From the NCBI GenBank assembly GCA_964616145.1, contig CAZTRD010000003.1:5892-69891 (forward strand): DNA of 64,000 bases, in the 5' to 3' direction. The notes beneath the pieces are model-generated. The model ran no database searches. It was not told the DNA's origin and saw only the letters and a program-made list of their open reading frames with translations. Made by a program: the position numbers and the translations under genes. This stretch comes from an uncultured Candidatus Saccharibacteria bacterium (GTDB lineage Bacteria; Patescibacteriota; Minisyncoccia; Minisyncoccales; PEYH01). Shown in pieces: positions 1 through 8,666 of the stretch (position 1 is its first letter; every line of letters starts with the position of its first letter).

Positions 1-264
1 ACTCTACGCGAAAGAATTGCTCAAACTGGTTATTGGAAGATAAAACTTGCTTCCGATGAAGCAACAAAACATATTAAAGTTTATTTTGTAACTCCCGATG
101 AAGACGGAACATTAACAATGAAAATACCCGCCAAGAAGGGGCGGGCAATTGTTGAGATAGATACAGATGGTAGTTATGTTTTAAGCGAAACAGATATTGA
201 AGAAAGTAATAAAGTAAAAATGTTCGATAAATTTATTGATGACTTAAAAAAACTTTTGAAGTAA
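1..264 (+). CDS. C-terminal end of an uncharacterised protein (5' part outside the window)
   Basis: Frame 1 is open from base 1 to TAA at 262-264 (...KMFDKFIDDLKKLLK*). The stop lies 4 nt before the ATG of the OLD-family gene, suggesting co-transcription. No motif recognised in the 87 visible residues. Confidence 0.45.
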   Translation, partial: TLRERIAQTGYWKIKLASDEATKHIKVYFVTPDEDGTLTMKIPAKKGRAIVEIDTDGSYVLSETDIEESNKVKMFDKFIDDLKKLLK

Positions 265-265
265 G

Positions 266-2047
266 TTGATGAAAATTTCTCATGTGAAAATTCATAACTG
301 GCGTTCCATAAAAGATCTCGATATTGATTTTAATGATATAATGATTTTTATAGGACAAAATAATCATGGCAAGTCGAATATTTTATCTGCCTTATTGTTT
401 TTTTTCGGCGAAACAAGTTGCACTGAGTTAGATTTTAACAAGGATAGCGAAGATTTATTCGTAGAAATCGAATTTAGAGATCTTGATGAACACGATAAAT
501 CGCAATTTCAGAAGTATCTAACCATAGAAAATCATATTAAAGTTAGAAAGCAGATTATAAAAGGATGTAATTTTGAATATCATGGATATCGCGAAATACC
601 GCAGGAAGATTATTTGAAGGAAGAAAAAATAAGTGACCTTACGATAAGAGATAAAATAAATTCTACGCCGTTAAGAAATTTAATTCCCGTTACTGGCAGA
701 GTAACAAAAGAGATTGTAAAGGAGGCTCAAGAGAAATATGTACAAGATAACAAATCACACCTTTCTTTTCGATATGACCTAGAAACTACAAACTTTTTAG
801 GGCTAAAGACTGTAGCACAAGGGATTTTTGGAAATGTTTTCTTTATTCCAGCGATTAAAAATGCAACAGAGGAATTTAATGTTAAAGGGAAATCTATCTT
901 TAATCAACTTTTGTCTAATGTTATCAACGAAATGTCCTCGAGTAATCAGCAATATATCAACGCCAAAGAGAAAATAGTAGAATTAACGCAAACTTTAAAT
1001 AAAAATATCTCAAATGGCTCATTAAATGAAAATAGACCAGAACAGATAACTCGACTTGAAAAGATAATTGAGGATGAACTAAAGAAATGGCACACAACAA
1101 TCAATATTGAGATAACGCCACCAGACATAGATGAAGTTTTGAAGGTTGGTACATCGGTATGGGTTAATGATGGTGTACCAACAGATGTGATCAGAAAAGG
1201 ACATGGTTTACAAAGGGCTTTAATTTTTGCCTTACTAAAGGCATGGTCGAATATTTCCAAAGAAATAAAACAAAAAGAAAAACAGTTTGCCGAGGAAAAA
1301 TCAACAAGAGAGGCATCTGAATCAAATTATTTTATATTTGAAGAACCTGAATTATATTTACATCCACAAGCACAAAGGGAATTGTTTTATTCCCTTAAAA
1401 AACTTTCACAGGTCAATAACCAAGTCCTATTATCTACTCATTCAAGCTATTTCATTGACCTTGAAATGTATAAATCCATCTGCAAGGTTTATAAAACCAA
1501 TGTGAACGAAGGAAGTAAAGTCTTACAATGTATGGAGGACTTGTTTACCCTTGATGATGATAAAAATAATTTCAATATGTCATACTGGATAAATCCCGAT
1601 AGAGGAGAATTATTCTTTGCGGAAAAAATCATTTTAGTTGAGGGACCCACCGACAAAACCATTATTCCTTATTTAGCTAAGAAACTATCCATTTTTAAAT
1701 ATGAATATACTTTGATAGATTGCGGTGGAAAAGATAATATTAAAATTTATATTCACCTATTGAATAAATTCAAATTGCCCTATATTGCAGTTTACGATAA
1801 GGACAACCAAACCATAAAAGATCTTAATGCAATAAAACTCGCTAATAAATCATCCAGAGAGATTAAAAATGCAATTAACGATGATTTTGGTAAGTCAATT
1901 ATTTTTGAAAATGACATAGAAGAAGAAATTGGCATTGTTGATGCTTCCAATAAGAACAAACCGTATTTCGCCTTAAAACATGTTTCGAACAATAGTTTTG
2001 TTGTATCCAATAATTTAAAAAATAAAATTGAAGAAATTTTTAAATGA
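266..2047 (+). CDS. OLD-family ATP-dependent endonuclease (ABC/AAA_15-type ATPase + C-terminal Toprim)
   Basis: The N-terminus MKISHVKIHNWRSIKDLDIDF..IFIGQNNHGKSNILSAL combines a RecF/SMC-like start with a Walker A. 'YFIFEEPELYLHPQAQ' is the Walker B/D-loop and 'LLSTHS' the H-loop. The C-terminal 'IILVEGPTDKTIIPYL ... YIAVYDKDN' fits Toprim E...DxD. The true start is probably ATG 269 (TTG 266 in the track). Confidence 0.8.
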   Translation: MMKISHVKIHNWRSIKDLDIDFNDIMIFIGQNNHGKSNILSALLFFFGETSCTELDFNKDSEDLFVEIEFRDLDEHDKSQFQKYLTIENHIKVRKQIIKGCNFEYHGYREIPQEDYLKEEKISDLTIRDKINSTPLRNLIPVTGRVTKEIVKEAQEKYVQDNKSHLSFRYDLETTNFLGLKTVAQGIFGNVFFIPAIKNATEEFNVKGKSIFNQLLSNVINEMSSSNQQYINAKEKIVELTQTLNKNISNGSLNENRPEQITRLEKIIEDELKKWHTTINIEITPPDIDEVLKVGTSVWVNDGVPTDVIRKGHGLQRALIFALLKAWSNISKEIKQKEKQFAEEKSTREASESNYFIFEEPELYLHPQAQRELFYSLKKLSQVNNQVLLSTHSSYFIDLEMYKSICKVYKTNVNEGSKVLQCMEDLFTLDDDKNNFNMSYWINPDRGELFFAEKIILVEGPTDKTIIPYLAKKLSIFKYEYTLIDCGGKDNIKIYIHLLNKFKLPYIAVYDKDNQTIKDLNAIKLANKSSREIKNAINDDFGKSIIFENDIEEEIGIVDASNKNKPYFALKHVSNNSFVVSNNLKNKIEEIFK

Positions 2048-2050
2048 ATT

Positions 2051-2731
2051 ATGAAGATTGAATCAACAACACTTTGGGATTTCCCTAGACAAAATTATGG
2101 AGATAAACCACATGGAAATAATAAATATAATGGCGTAACACCAGCCTTTGTTATTTGGAATTTATTGCAAAGATACACAAAAGAGAATGATCTGGTCGTT
2201 GATCCGATGTGTGGGAGTGGAACAACGATAGACGTCGCGAAAGAATTAAACCGAAAAGTAATCGGCTATGATTTGAACATTGTCCGTCCCGATGTTATTA
2301 AAAATGATTCTCGGAAAATTCCTCTCGGAGATAACTCTGTGGATTTTGTTTTTATTGATTCGCCATATTCTGATAATATTAAGTACTCAGACGACGAAAG
2401 GTGTATCGGTAAAATTTCCTGCGAGAAAACGGAATTTTACGACGAATTAGAAAAAACTGCTTCAGAAATCGTGAGAATTTTGAAACCAGGTAAGGTCGTA
2501 GGTTGGGTTATCGCCGATCAATGGATTAAAAGAAAATTCACAGCAGTTGGATTTTTATTGTGGCAAAGATTAGAAAAATATTTTGAGCCGATGGACATAA
2601 TTTGTTTAACTCGTCATAATCAAACATCGAACACAGAAGTTTGGCATAATAGAGCAAGACAATTTAATTTTTATTTGAGAGGGTTCAAATATTTATTTAT
2701 AATGAGAAAACCTGAAAAAGAAATAGTATAA
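2051..2731 (+). CDS. Small SAM-dependent methyltransferase, N4/N6 DNA-methylase-like (motif I before motif IV)
   Basis: 'LVVDPMCGSGTTIDVAKELNRKVIGYD' is the FxGxG SAM-binding motif I in the context typical of PF01555-type DNA methylases. 'VFIDSPYSD' is a (D/S)PPY-like motif IV about 50 aa downstream. The gene starts 3 nt after the OLD gene stop. At 226 aa there is no obvious target-recognition domain, so an RNA substrate cannot be excluded. Confidence 0.6.
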   Translation: MKIESTTLWDFPRQNYGDKPHGNNKYNGVTPAFVIWNLLQRYTKENDLVVDPMCGSGTTIDVAKELNRKVIGYDLNIVRPDVIKNDSRKIPLGDNSVDFVFIDSPYSDNIKYSDDERCIGKISCEKTEFYDELEKTASEIVRILKPGKVVGWVIADQWIKRKFTAVGFLLWQRLEKYFEPMDIICLTRHNQTSNTEVWHNRARQFNFYLRGFKYLFIMRKPEKEIV

Positions 2732-2748
2732 TTTTTTCAGAAAATGTA

Positions 2749-4134
2749 ATGGAAAATAATCATTCTACAGAAAAAATTATATCAGTCTCAGAATATATAG
2801 ACCTCCTAAACAATGTTTTAATAAATATCTCTGCTAAGATGATTGGTGAGGTCGGAGAGGTCGGCACGGATGCAAAAGGTCATGTATATTTTTCTATGCG
2901 GGATGAAAAGGATAAAAGCGTTATAAGATGCATCATGTGGGCTAGTAAATATACAATGTTTGGTATCAAACTAGAAGAGGGAATGAAGGTTATAATCCAT
3001 GGTCATTCTGATATCTACAAACCGAAGGGTTCTCTTTCGTTTATTGCAGATACAATCGAATTAGCGGGGGAGGGCGAATTAAAACGAAAATACGAAGCAT
3101 TAAAGAAAAAACTTTCAGAAGAAGGTTATTTTGACAAAGAGAGAAAAAAGACTATTCCTGCGTATGTAAAAAATATTGGAATAATTACTTCAAAGCAGGG
3201 CGCTGTTTTAGGTGATTTTTTAAGCAATGTAGGAAAACACGGATTCAATATTAAGTTAATAGATTCAAGAGTAGAAGGAGCAGAAGCTATACCTGATTTA
3301 TTATCTTCAATCAAAATATTCAAAAAAACTAACATTGAAGTTTTAATAATTATGCGAGGAGGCGGTTCTTTTGAAACATTGCAAGCCTTCAATAACGAAC
3401 TCCTGGTAAAGGAAATAGTAAATTTTCCAGTACCAGTTATTGCAGCGATAGGCCATGATAGAGATGTGCCTTTAATATCTATGGCCGCTGATCTGGAATT
3501 ATCAACACCCAGCATGGCTGTTCCAACATTAAATCGACCATGGGAACAAGCAGAATCATTATTAGAAAGAAAGACAACTAATATTTTTAATAGATATATG
3601 AATTTATTGGGCAATACAGAATATTCAATTGAACAATTTCTCAACAATATAATCACCAGTATAAATAATATATCGGAAAAATATAAAGAAATTCAGAATA
3701 AAATTTTTATTTCCTTCCAAATCTTTAAAAATAATTTAAATAATTTTAAACTAAAATTAGATAATTACCTACAAAGATCAATCAAGGAATTCTCCTCTTT
3801 GTTGTCTTCTGTAGATCCAGTAAAAAATATGGCTTTTTGTCTTTCGGTATTTCCAAAAAATCTAGAAATGTTTAAATACAAAATAGATAACTCGTGCAAA
3901 TCTTTAATTAATATATTTTCTGATATATTTTCCAATATTTCTCATAATTTATTAAATTTTGAAAGTATTATAAATAATAATAATCCTGAACGACAACTAA
4001 ACTTAGGCTATAGCATAGTAACCGTTAAAGGGAGAGTAATAAAAAGCATTAAAGATGTTAGCATAAATCAAGAAATAAATGTTAAAATAAAAGACGGCGA
4101 TATTATTTCAACTATTAAAAATATTAATAAATAA
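2749..4134 (+). CDS. xseA: Exodeoxyribonuclease VII large subunit
   Basis: N-terminal OB-fold region (GEVGEVGTDAKGHVYFSMRDEKDKSVIRCIMW). Core motifs 'IGIITSKQGAVLGDF', 'RGGGSFETLQAFNNE' and 'AIGHDRDVPL'. Long helical C-terminus. Followed directly by xseB. Confidence 0.85.
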   Translation: MENNHSTEKIISVSEYIDLLNNVLINISAKMIGEVGEVGTDAKGHVYFSMRDEKDKSVIRCIMWASKYTMFGIKLEEGMKVIIHGHSDIYKPKGSLSFIADTIELAGEGELKRKYEALKKKLSEEGYFDKERKKTIPAYVKNIGIITSKQGAVLGDFLSNVGKHGFNIKLIDSRVEGAEAIPDLLSSIKIFKKTNIEVLIIMRGGGSFETLQAFNNELLVKEIVNFPVPVIAAIGHDRDVPLISMAADLELSTPSMAVPTLNRPWEQAESLLERKTTNIFNRYMNLLGNTEYSIEQFLNNIITSINNISEKYKEIQNKIFISFQIFKNNLNNFKLKLDNYLQRSIKEFSSLLSSVDPVKNMAFCLSVFPKNLEMFKYKIDNSCKSLINIFSDIFSNISHNLLNFESIINNNNPERQLNLGYSIVTVKGRVIKSIKDVSINQEINVKIKDGDIISTIKNINK

Positions 4135-4138
4135 AAAT

Positions 4139-4387
4139 ATGGCAGAAAAACCAAAAGAAGAAAACTTAAATGAAAATTTAAAAAGATTATCAGAAATAGC
4201 TGATTGGTTTGATGATATGGGAGAGATAGATGTAGAAGAAGGACTTAAAAAAGTTAAGGAAGCCTCTATCCTTATAAAATCAAGCAAACAGAGGCTAAAA
4301 GAAATAGAGAATGAATTTGAAGAAATAAAAAAAGATATAAACATCGAAGAAGACAAGGAACCAGAGGATAAAAATATGCCTTTCTAA
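4139..4387 (+). CDS. xseB: Exodeoxyribonuclease VII small subunit
   Basis: 82-aa helical, acidic protein (LNENLKRLSEIADWFDD.GEIDVEEGLKKVKEASILIKSSKQRLKEIENE) with the XseB pattern. Starts 4 nt after xseA. Confidence 0.75.
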   Translation: MAEKPKEENLNENLKRLSEIADWFDDMGEIDVEEGLKKVKEASILIKSSKQRLKEIENEFEEIKKDINIEEDKEPEDKNMPF

Positions 4388-4469
4388 CAAAACCACATTA
4401 AAGAAATGTATTTGTAATAATTACTTTTTCTAGGCATTTTAATATAATAAACATAGACAACTAAATACT

Positions 4470-4582
4470 TAATTATCAAGAGAGACGGTGAGAGATTTGG
4501 CTCTGCGATCCGCCCAGCAACCCTTAAAGTCGACTGCTTTAAGAAGGTGCTAAATCCAAACCCATAAGGGAAAGATAAAAGG
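4470..4582 (+). promoter_or_regulatory. SAM-I (S-box) riboswitch aptamer
   Basis: UUAUCAAGAGAGACGGUGAGAGAUUUGGCUCUGCGAUCCGCCCAGCAACC ... AAGGUGCUAAAUCC ... CCCAUAAGGGAAAGAUAA matches the S-box core (AUCAAGAG, GGC..GAU..CC.GCAACC, GGUGCUAAAUCC). P1 pairs UUAUC 4473-4477 with GAUAA 4574-4578. Confidence 0.8.
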
Positions 4583-4602
4583 TCGATTTTTAATTAAAAC
4601 AG

Positions 4603-4632
4603 AACCTCTTTCCCAAAAAGAGGTTTAAATTT
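4603..4632 (+). terminator. Riboswitch expression platform: terminator / SD-sequestering hairpin
   Basis: AACCUCUUU (4603-4611) pairs with AAAGAGGUU (4617-4625), which contains the SD (AAGAGG) 8 nt before ATG 4634; UAAAUUUU follows. The alternative anti-terminator GGGAAAGA (4568-4575, overlapping P4 and the 3' strand of P1) is perfectly complementary to UCUUUCCC (4607-4614). This is the classic SAM OFF-switch logic. Confidence 0.65.
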
Positions 4633-4633
4633 T

Positions 4634-5059
4634 ATGAACTCAAAAGAATATAAGAATACAGTAAATAAAGATGTTAGATATACCTTTATTCCCAAATGCC
4701 TGAGATTAGAAGGATTATCGGAATATAATAACATGCCATTTAATGTTATGTTCCAAGAATTCATTACTGAAAATGACAATCTTCTTTCGGCAACTGCGAT
4801 ATACGAACCAAGCTTCTCAACATTCAAAACAGAGGGAAATATCTGTTCAATGATGTACAGAAACGCATATGGCAATGATTCATGGCTGAAAATCTCCTAC
4901 GATAACAATGAAAATATTTGGCATGGATCAAAAATAGTTGACGGCAAATGCATAGGAAAAGCATTTGGCGCTAATTGGAAAATGTTTTTTATCCATTTTA
5001 CAACTTTAGGATTATCTAATGGAGAAAAATGCAAACTAGAAAAATTGTTAATAAATTAA
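4634..5059 (+). CDS. Uncharacterised 141-aa soluble protein directly controlled by the SAM-I riboswitch
   Basis: Its ATG lies immediately after the riboswitch SD hairpin. The ORF is uninterrupted, with no family motif recognised and no TM segment. Confidence 0.6.
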   Translation: MNSKEYKNTVNKDVRYTFIPKCLRLEGLSEYNNMPFNVMFQEFITENDNLLSATAIYEPSFSTFKTEGNICSMMYRNAYGNDSWLKISYDNNENIWHGSKIVDGKCIGKAFGANWKMFFIHFTTLGLSNGEKCKLEKLLIN

Positions 5060-5084
5060 ACAAATAATTAAAACAGCAGAATAT

Positions 5085-5260
5085 GTAAAGCGGGGGAATC
5101 CGGATAGAACATGCTAGATTATTGCTGATTTAATATTAGACGAATATCTGAAGCAAGATCTATATTCCAGAGAGCACTAGAGGTATTTGGCAGCCATGAT
5201 TTGATTACTATCGCAGGAGAAGTAACGGGCAGGGGATTTAAGAATTATGATCGGCTATGC
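5085..5260 (+). pseudogene. metK: Decayed N-terminal fragment of S-adenosylmethionine synthetase
   Basis: From 5085 the translation reads VKRGNPDRTC*IIADLILDEYLKQDLYSR, compared with the MetK consensus V(S/T)EGHPDKICDQI(S/A)D.ILDE.LK.DP.(A/S)R. After a frameshift at about 5170 it reads RALEVFGSHDLITIAGEVTG (RVACET...G....AGEITT). After a second shift it reads RIMIGYAKK (..IKEIGY). There are two in-frame stops, two frameshifts and an internal deletion, and the remaining ~1 kb of metK is absent. Confidence 0.65.
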
Positions 5261-5363
5261 TAAAAAAATCCTGAATTACTACCAATGGAAACGGTTTTAA
5301 CTAAAATCATTTAACTTTACTTAGGCAGTTTTTGTGTTAGAATTAGAATAATATATAAAAAAT

Positions 5364-6620
5364 ATGAATAAAAAAATCTTACTGATTAGTTTAATCATTC
5401 TTCTGCTTGCCGGCTTTGCCACAGCTTCATTATTAATGTTTCCTTATCATCCAGACGAACCACCGCTAGCAGATGATACCGGATCAACGCAGAATGGTAT
5501 TGAAGCAGTAGTAAATGCCAATAATCAATTTGCTTTTGATGTATATTCTGAATTAAGCAAATCAGAAACAGGCAATATCTTTTATTCCCCTTATAGCCTA
5601 TCCGCTGCCCTGGCTATGACATATGAGGGAGCTAATGGAGAAACTGCCGCGGAGATAAAATCAGTTTTGCATTATCCTGAAATTGATATCTTAAGGCCTA
5701 ACTTTGCAGCAATTTATAATGATATTAATAAGGAATCAAAGGATAATATATTAAAGACAGGCAATGCATTATGGGTCCAGCAGGATTATCAATTGCTTCC
5801 TGACTTTCTAACCCGGGTAGAAAGTTATTACGGAGGAAAAGCAACCAATCTTGATTTTGTTGAATCCTTAGAACCGTCTAGAAAAACTATTAATGCCTTT
5901 ATTGCCGGACAAACCAATAACAAGATTAAAGAACTAATTCCTCAGGGAATCCTTGATGCCATGACTCGGTTGGTTTTAACCAACGCTGTCTATTTTAAGG
6001 GAACTTGGGAATGGCAATTTGAACAATCCAAAACTTTTACTGACGATTTTAAGGTAAATGACAATACCGTAGTTCAGGCCGAAATGATGCGTATGAAGCC
6101 TGACAAAACGACGTTTAATTATGCTAATACTGATAGCTGGCAGATTCTGGAATTGCCATATAAAGGAGATGAAATTTCAATGCTGATTCTTTTGCCGACC
6201 AGTAATCTTGATAGCGTTGAAACAAAGCTAACAGCAGAAAATCTTAATCAATTAAAATCTGAATTAAAAGAAACTAAATTAGATTCAATCATTCTGCCAA
6301 AATTTGAATTCAATTCCAAGTATTTTATGCAAGAAGCATTAAGCGCTATGGGCATGCCTACTGCTTTTTCTCCATCGGCGGATTTTTCAGGGATGACAGG
6401 CAATAAAGATTTGCTTATCGATTCTGTTATTCACGAAGCCTATATCAAAGTAAATGAAGAGGGAACCGAGGCGGCAGCTGCTACTGCTGTTACAATGAAA
6501 TTAACAGCCATTAGTCCGCAAAATGTTTTTAATGCCGATCATCCATTTATCTTTTTAATCCAGGATAAAGATAATGGCAATATCCTGTTTCTAGGCAGGG
6601 TAGTTGATCCCACTCAATAA
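5364..6620 (+). CDS. Serpin (serine protease inhibitor) with N-terminal signal/anchor helix
   Basis: 'NQFAFDVYSEL ... NIFYSPYSLSAALAMTYEGANGETAAEI' is the serpin N-terminal signature. The inhibitory-type hinge/RCL is 'NEEGTEAAAATAVTMKLTAISP' and the C-terminal signature is 'FNADHPFIFLIQD'. The N-terminal KKILLISLIILLLAGFATASLL is hydrophobic. Confidence 0.9.
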   Translation: MNKKILLISLIILLLAGFATASLLMFPYHPDEPPLADDTGSTQNGIEAVVNANNQFAFDVYSELSKSETGNIFYSPYSLSAALAMTYEGANGETAAEIKSVLHYPEIDILRPNFAAIYNDINKESKDNILKTGNALWVQQDYQLLPDFLTRVESYYGGKATNLDFVESLEPSRKTINAFIAGQTNNKIKELIPQGILDAMTRLVLTNAVYFKGTWEWQFEQSKTFTDDFKVNDNTVVQAEMMRMKPDKTTFNYANTDSWQILELPYKGDEISMLILLPTSNLDSVETKLTAENLNQLKSELKETKLDSIILPKFEFNSKYFMQEALSAMGMPTAFSPSADFSGMTGNKDLLIDSVIHEAYIKVNEEGTEAAAATAVTMKLTAISPQNVFNADHPFIFLIQDKDNGNILFLGRVVDPTQ

Positions 6621-6637
6621 TTTAACATAAAGATAAC

Positions 6638-7768
6638 ATGAATAACATCTCAGATAAAATTATAGAAATGAGCTTTCCCAAATTAATAGTAGTGGCTATA
6701 ATTATTACTGTAATAATAGTGATAATTGCAAAGCTGGCCCAAAAAGCCAAGAGGGCCAAGGCAATAGCCAGCCTGAATGCTTCCTATGCAAAAACTCCGT
6801 ATCTGGCAGAAACTGATTTAGTTAAAGAATTGGGTTATCAGACTAATGCCGGCGATGAATCGCTTTTCCCTTCCGCAAGCCAACCGGCCGAAGAAATTAG
6901 TCTCAAAACTTATCAAGATCCAGAAGAAAAATTAGCTGATTACCGTACATTTGATTTTGATTATACTAATAAAGACAACCCGCTTCTTGAAAAAGAGCTT
7001 TTTTTGCAGTTAGAAAAAATACTCGCGCGTTATGGCCTAACCCGTGTTAAAAAGAATCCGCAGGCAGTCATTAGTATGAATTTTTTCATTGGTAAAAAAG
7101 AGCAATATACTCCTCCAACCACAGTAATAAGCACAGAAACTCAGTATGTTTGGAATACTGGCTTTATTGGCTGGAATATGGGAGGATTTACTTCTGCCAT
7201 ACCGATTACTAAATCAACCACCACTCCAGGATATACCACCATTAGCTATTACACCAATATCCGCATTAATATTTTAAATCATGCTAAATTATCATCAGGC
7301 AAGAAACCAGAAACTCCGCCATTAGTCTGGCTAGGCGAAGCTGACAGCGAAGGACCAAATTCTGATATTCGCTTCATTGCGCTTATAATGTTTGAAGCTC
7401 TGGCCAGCCATTTATCTAATCAGCCATTGGCAGTTTCAAAATTTTTAGTGTGCCGTTTCCGTTATGGAGGATTAGGATTGGGATTTGACCCAAACGATTG
7501 GCGCATAATCCGCTATATCGAACCATCTTCAATTGCAGACGATAATAATCTCAAACCCGGGGATATCCTGATTAAAATTAATGATAATAGTCCCAGCCGA
7601 GCTTTTACGGCTTCTAAAGATCAAAACCCGTATTTCCTGCATGTTCTATCTAATCCCGGCAAATCAGATGTAAAATTATTAATCAAGTCAGGGGCTACCG
7701 GTAAAAAAATATCACTTTCTTTAAAGCCTCGTTTAGAAAATCGCTATGTGAGAGTTGACGATAAATAA
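6638..7768 (+). CDS. Membrane-anchored protein with C-terminal PDZ-like domain
   Basis: N-terminal TM helix (FPKLIVVAIIITVIIVIIAKL). The C-terminal 'GLGLGFDPNDWRIIRYIEPSSIADDNNLKPGDILIKINDN' looks like a PDZ carboxylate-binding loop and core. The middle region is unassigned. Confidence 0.5.
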   Translation: MNNISDKIIEMSFPKLIVVAIIITVIIVIIAKLAQKAKRAKAIASLNASYAKTPYLAETDLVKELGYQTNAGDESLFPSASQPAEEISLKTYQDPEEKLADYRTFDFDYTNKDNPLLEKELFLQLEKILARYGLTRVKKNPQAVISMNFFIGKKEQYTPPTTVISTETQYVWNTGFIGWNMGGFTSAIPITKSTTTPGYTTISYYTNIRINILNHAKLSSGKKPETPPLVWLGEADSEGPNSDIRFIALIMFEALASHLSNQPLAVSKFLVCRFRYGGLGLGFDPNDWRIIRYIEPSSIADDNNLKPGDILIKINDNSPSRAFTASKDQNPYFLHVLSNPGKSDVKLLIKSGATGKKISLSLKPRLENRYVRVDDK

Positions 7769-7880
7769 AAGGCGTAAATAATAAAATTTATTATTTTCCC
7801 TATCTATCCTTTGATTGAAAATCCTAAGAGTTTTTGAAGGAGTAATATAAATTTCGTTAATGAATTAGTAAAATGATTTT

Positions 7881-8000
7881 ATGGAACCCCTAGCTTCAAA
7901 GATAAGGCCAAAAACATTAAAGGACTTTGTAGGCCAGGAGCATTTGGTTGGGGAAGGGAAACCATTAAATATTGCAATAAAACCGCTAAAGAATGTTTAG
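7881..8000 (+). pseudogene. rarA: Displaced 5' fragment of rarA (first 34 codons, then 5 unrelated codons and TAG)
   Basis: 7881-7983 aligns to 10595-10697 (103 nt, 5 mismatches). It translates to MEPLASKIRPKTLKDFVGQEHLVGEGKPLNIAIK, identical to the RarA N-terminus, then diverges (PLKNV*). Confidence 0.85.
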
Positions 8001-8041
8001 TAGAGAAATGTATTTAATAATAATCTTTAACGTTTTAGACT

Positions 8042-8064
8042 AATCGCTTAAAAGCGATTTTTCT
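8042..8064 (+). terminator. Intrinsic terminator after the rarA fragment
   Basis: AATCGCTT-AA-AAGCGATT perfect 8-bp stem followed by TTTTCT. Confidence 0.55.
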
Positions 8065-8069
8065 ATTCA

Positions 8070-8097
8070 TTGACTTATATATAAAAAATGGTAGTCT
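8070..8097 (+). promoter_or_regulatory. Sigma70-type promoter of high-GC cassette A
   Basis: TTGACT (8070-8075), a 16-nt spacer, then TAGTCT (8092-8097) preceded by TGg (extended -10). Confidence 0.5.
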
Positions 8098-8128
8098 TGG
8101 ATTAGATTCCAACGAGTAAGGAGGACTT

Positions 8129-8644
8129 GTGATGGGAGAGAAGAAGGAGCACTTCGACGCTGTAACCTTGGCTTTCGTAGCCATCGCCATCGCCTGTGCC
8201 ATCTTCGGCAGTCTGGCCGCAGGGCTTATCCCTGCCAGAGAAGCGGGATTCGCCCTACTATCGTGGGCTGCTACTGGTCACGTGATCACGCTGATCTGCG
8301 TCATCATCCAACACGAGACCAACGCAGCTGTCGTACTCTTCGTCTTCATGGGCTTCTGGATCTGCGCTGGACTGGGTCTCAGCTTCTTGTCATCGCATGG
8401 ACTGCACAGGCTTCTGATGGTGATCGAGCCCACGCTGCTGGCTATCACCTTCCTGTGGCAGTTCTTGTACCGGAACAAGCGACAGCTGAGGTGCGTTCTC
8501 CTAGGCTTGGCCTGGGTAATCCTATGGCTCTTTGTCTCCAAGTTCATTCCCCAGTTAGGCGTGATGACGCCATACTGGGTGTGGGCTCTGGGCCTCTATC
8601 TGCTTCTATTGGCATTCTGGCGAAGACTGCACCCGGCAGGATAG
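8129..8644 (+). CDS. High-GC cassette A: 171-aa polytopic (about 6 TM) membrane protein, no recognised family
   Basis: GC jumps to ~55 % (hand count). AAGGAGGA lies 7 nt before ATG 8132 (GTG 8129 in the track). Codon third positions are G/C-rich. Six hydrophobic stretches are present (e.g. VTLAFVAIAIACAIFGSLAAGLI, AAVVLFVFMGFWICAGLGLSFL). Confidence 0.7.
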   Translation: MMGEKKEHFDAVTLAFVAIAIACAIFGSLAAGLIPAREAGFALLSWAATGHVITLICVIIQHETNAAVVLFVFMGFWICAGLGLSFLSSHGLHRLLMVIEPTLLAITFLWQFLYRNKRQLRCVLLGLAWVILWLFVSKFIPQLGVMTPYWVWALGLYLLLLAFWRRLHPAG

Positions 8645-8666
8645 AGGCACGATGATGCTCAACAAT

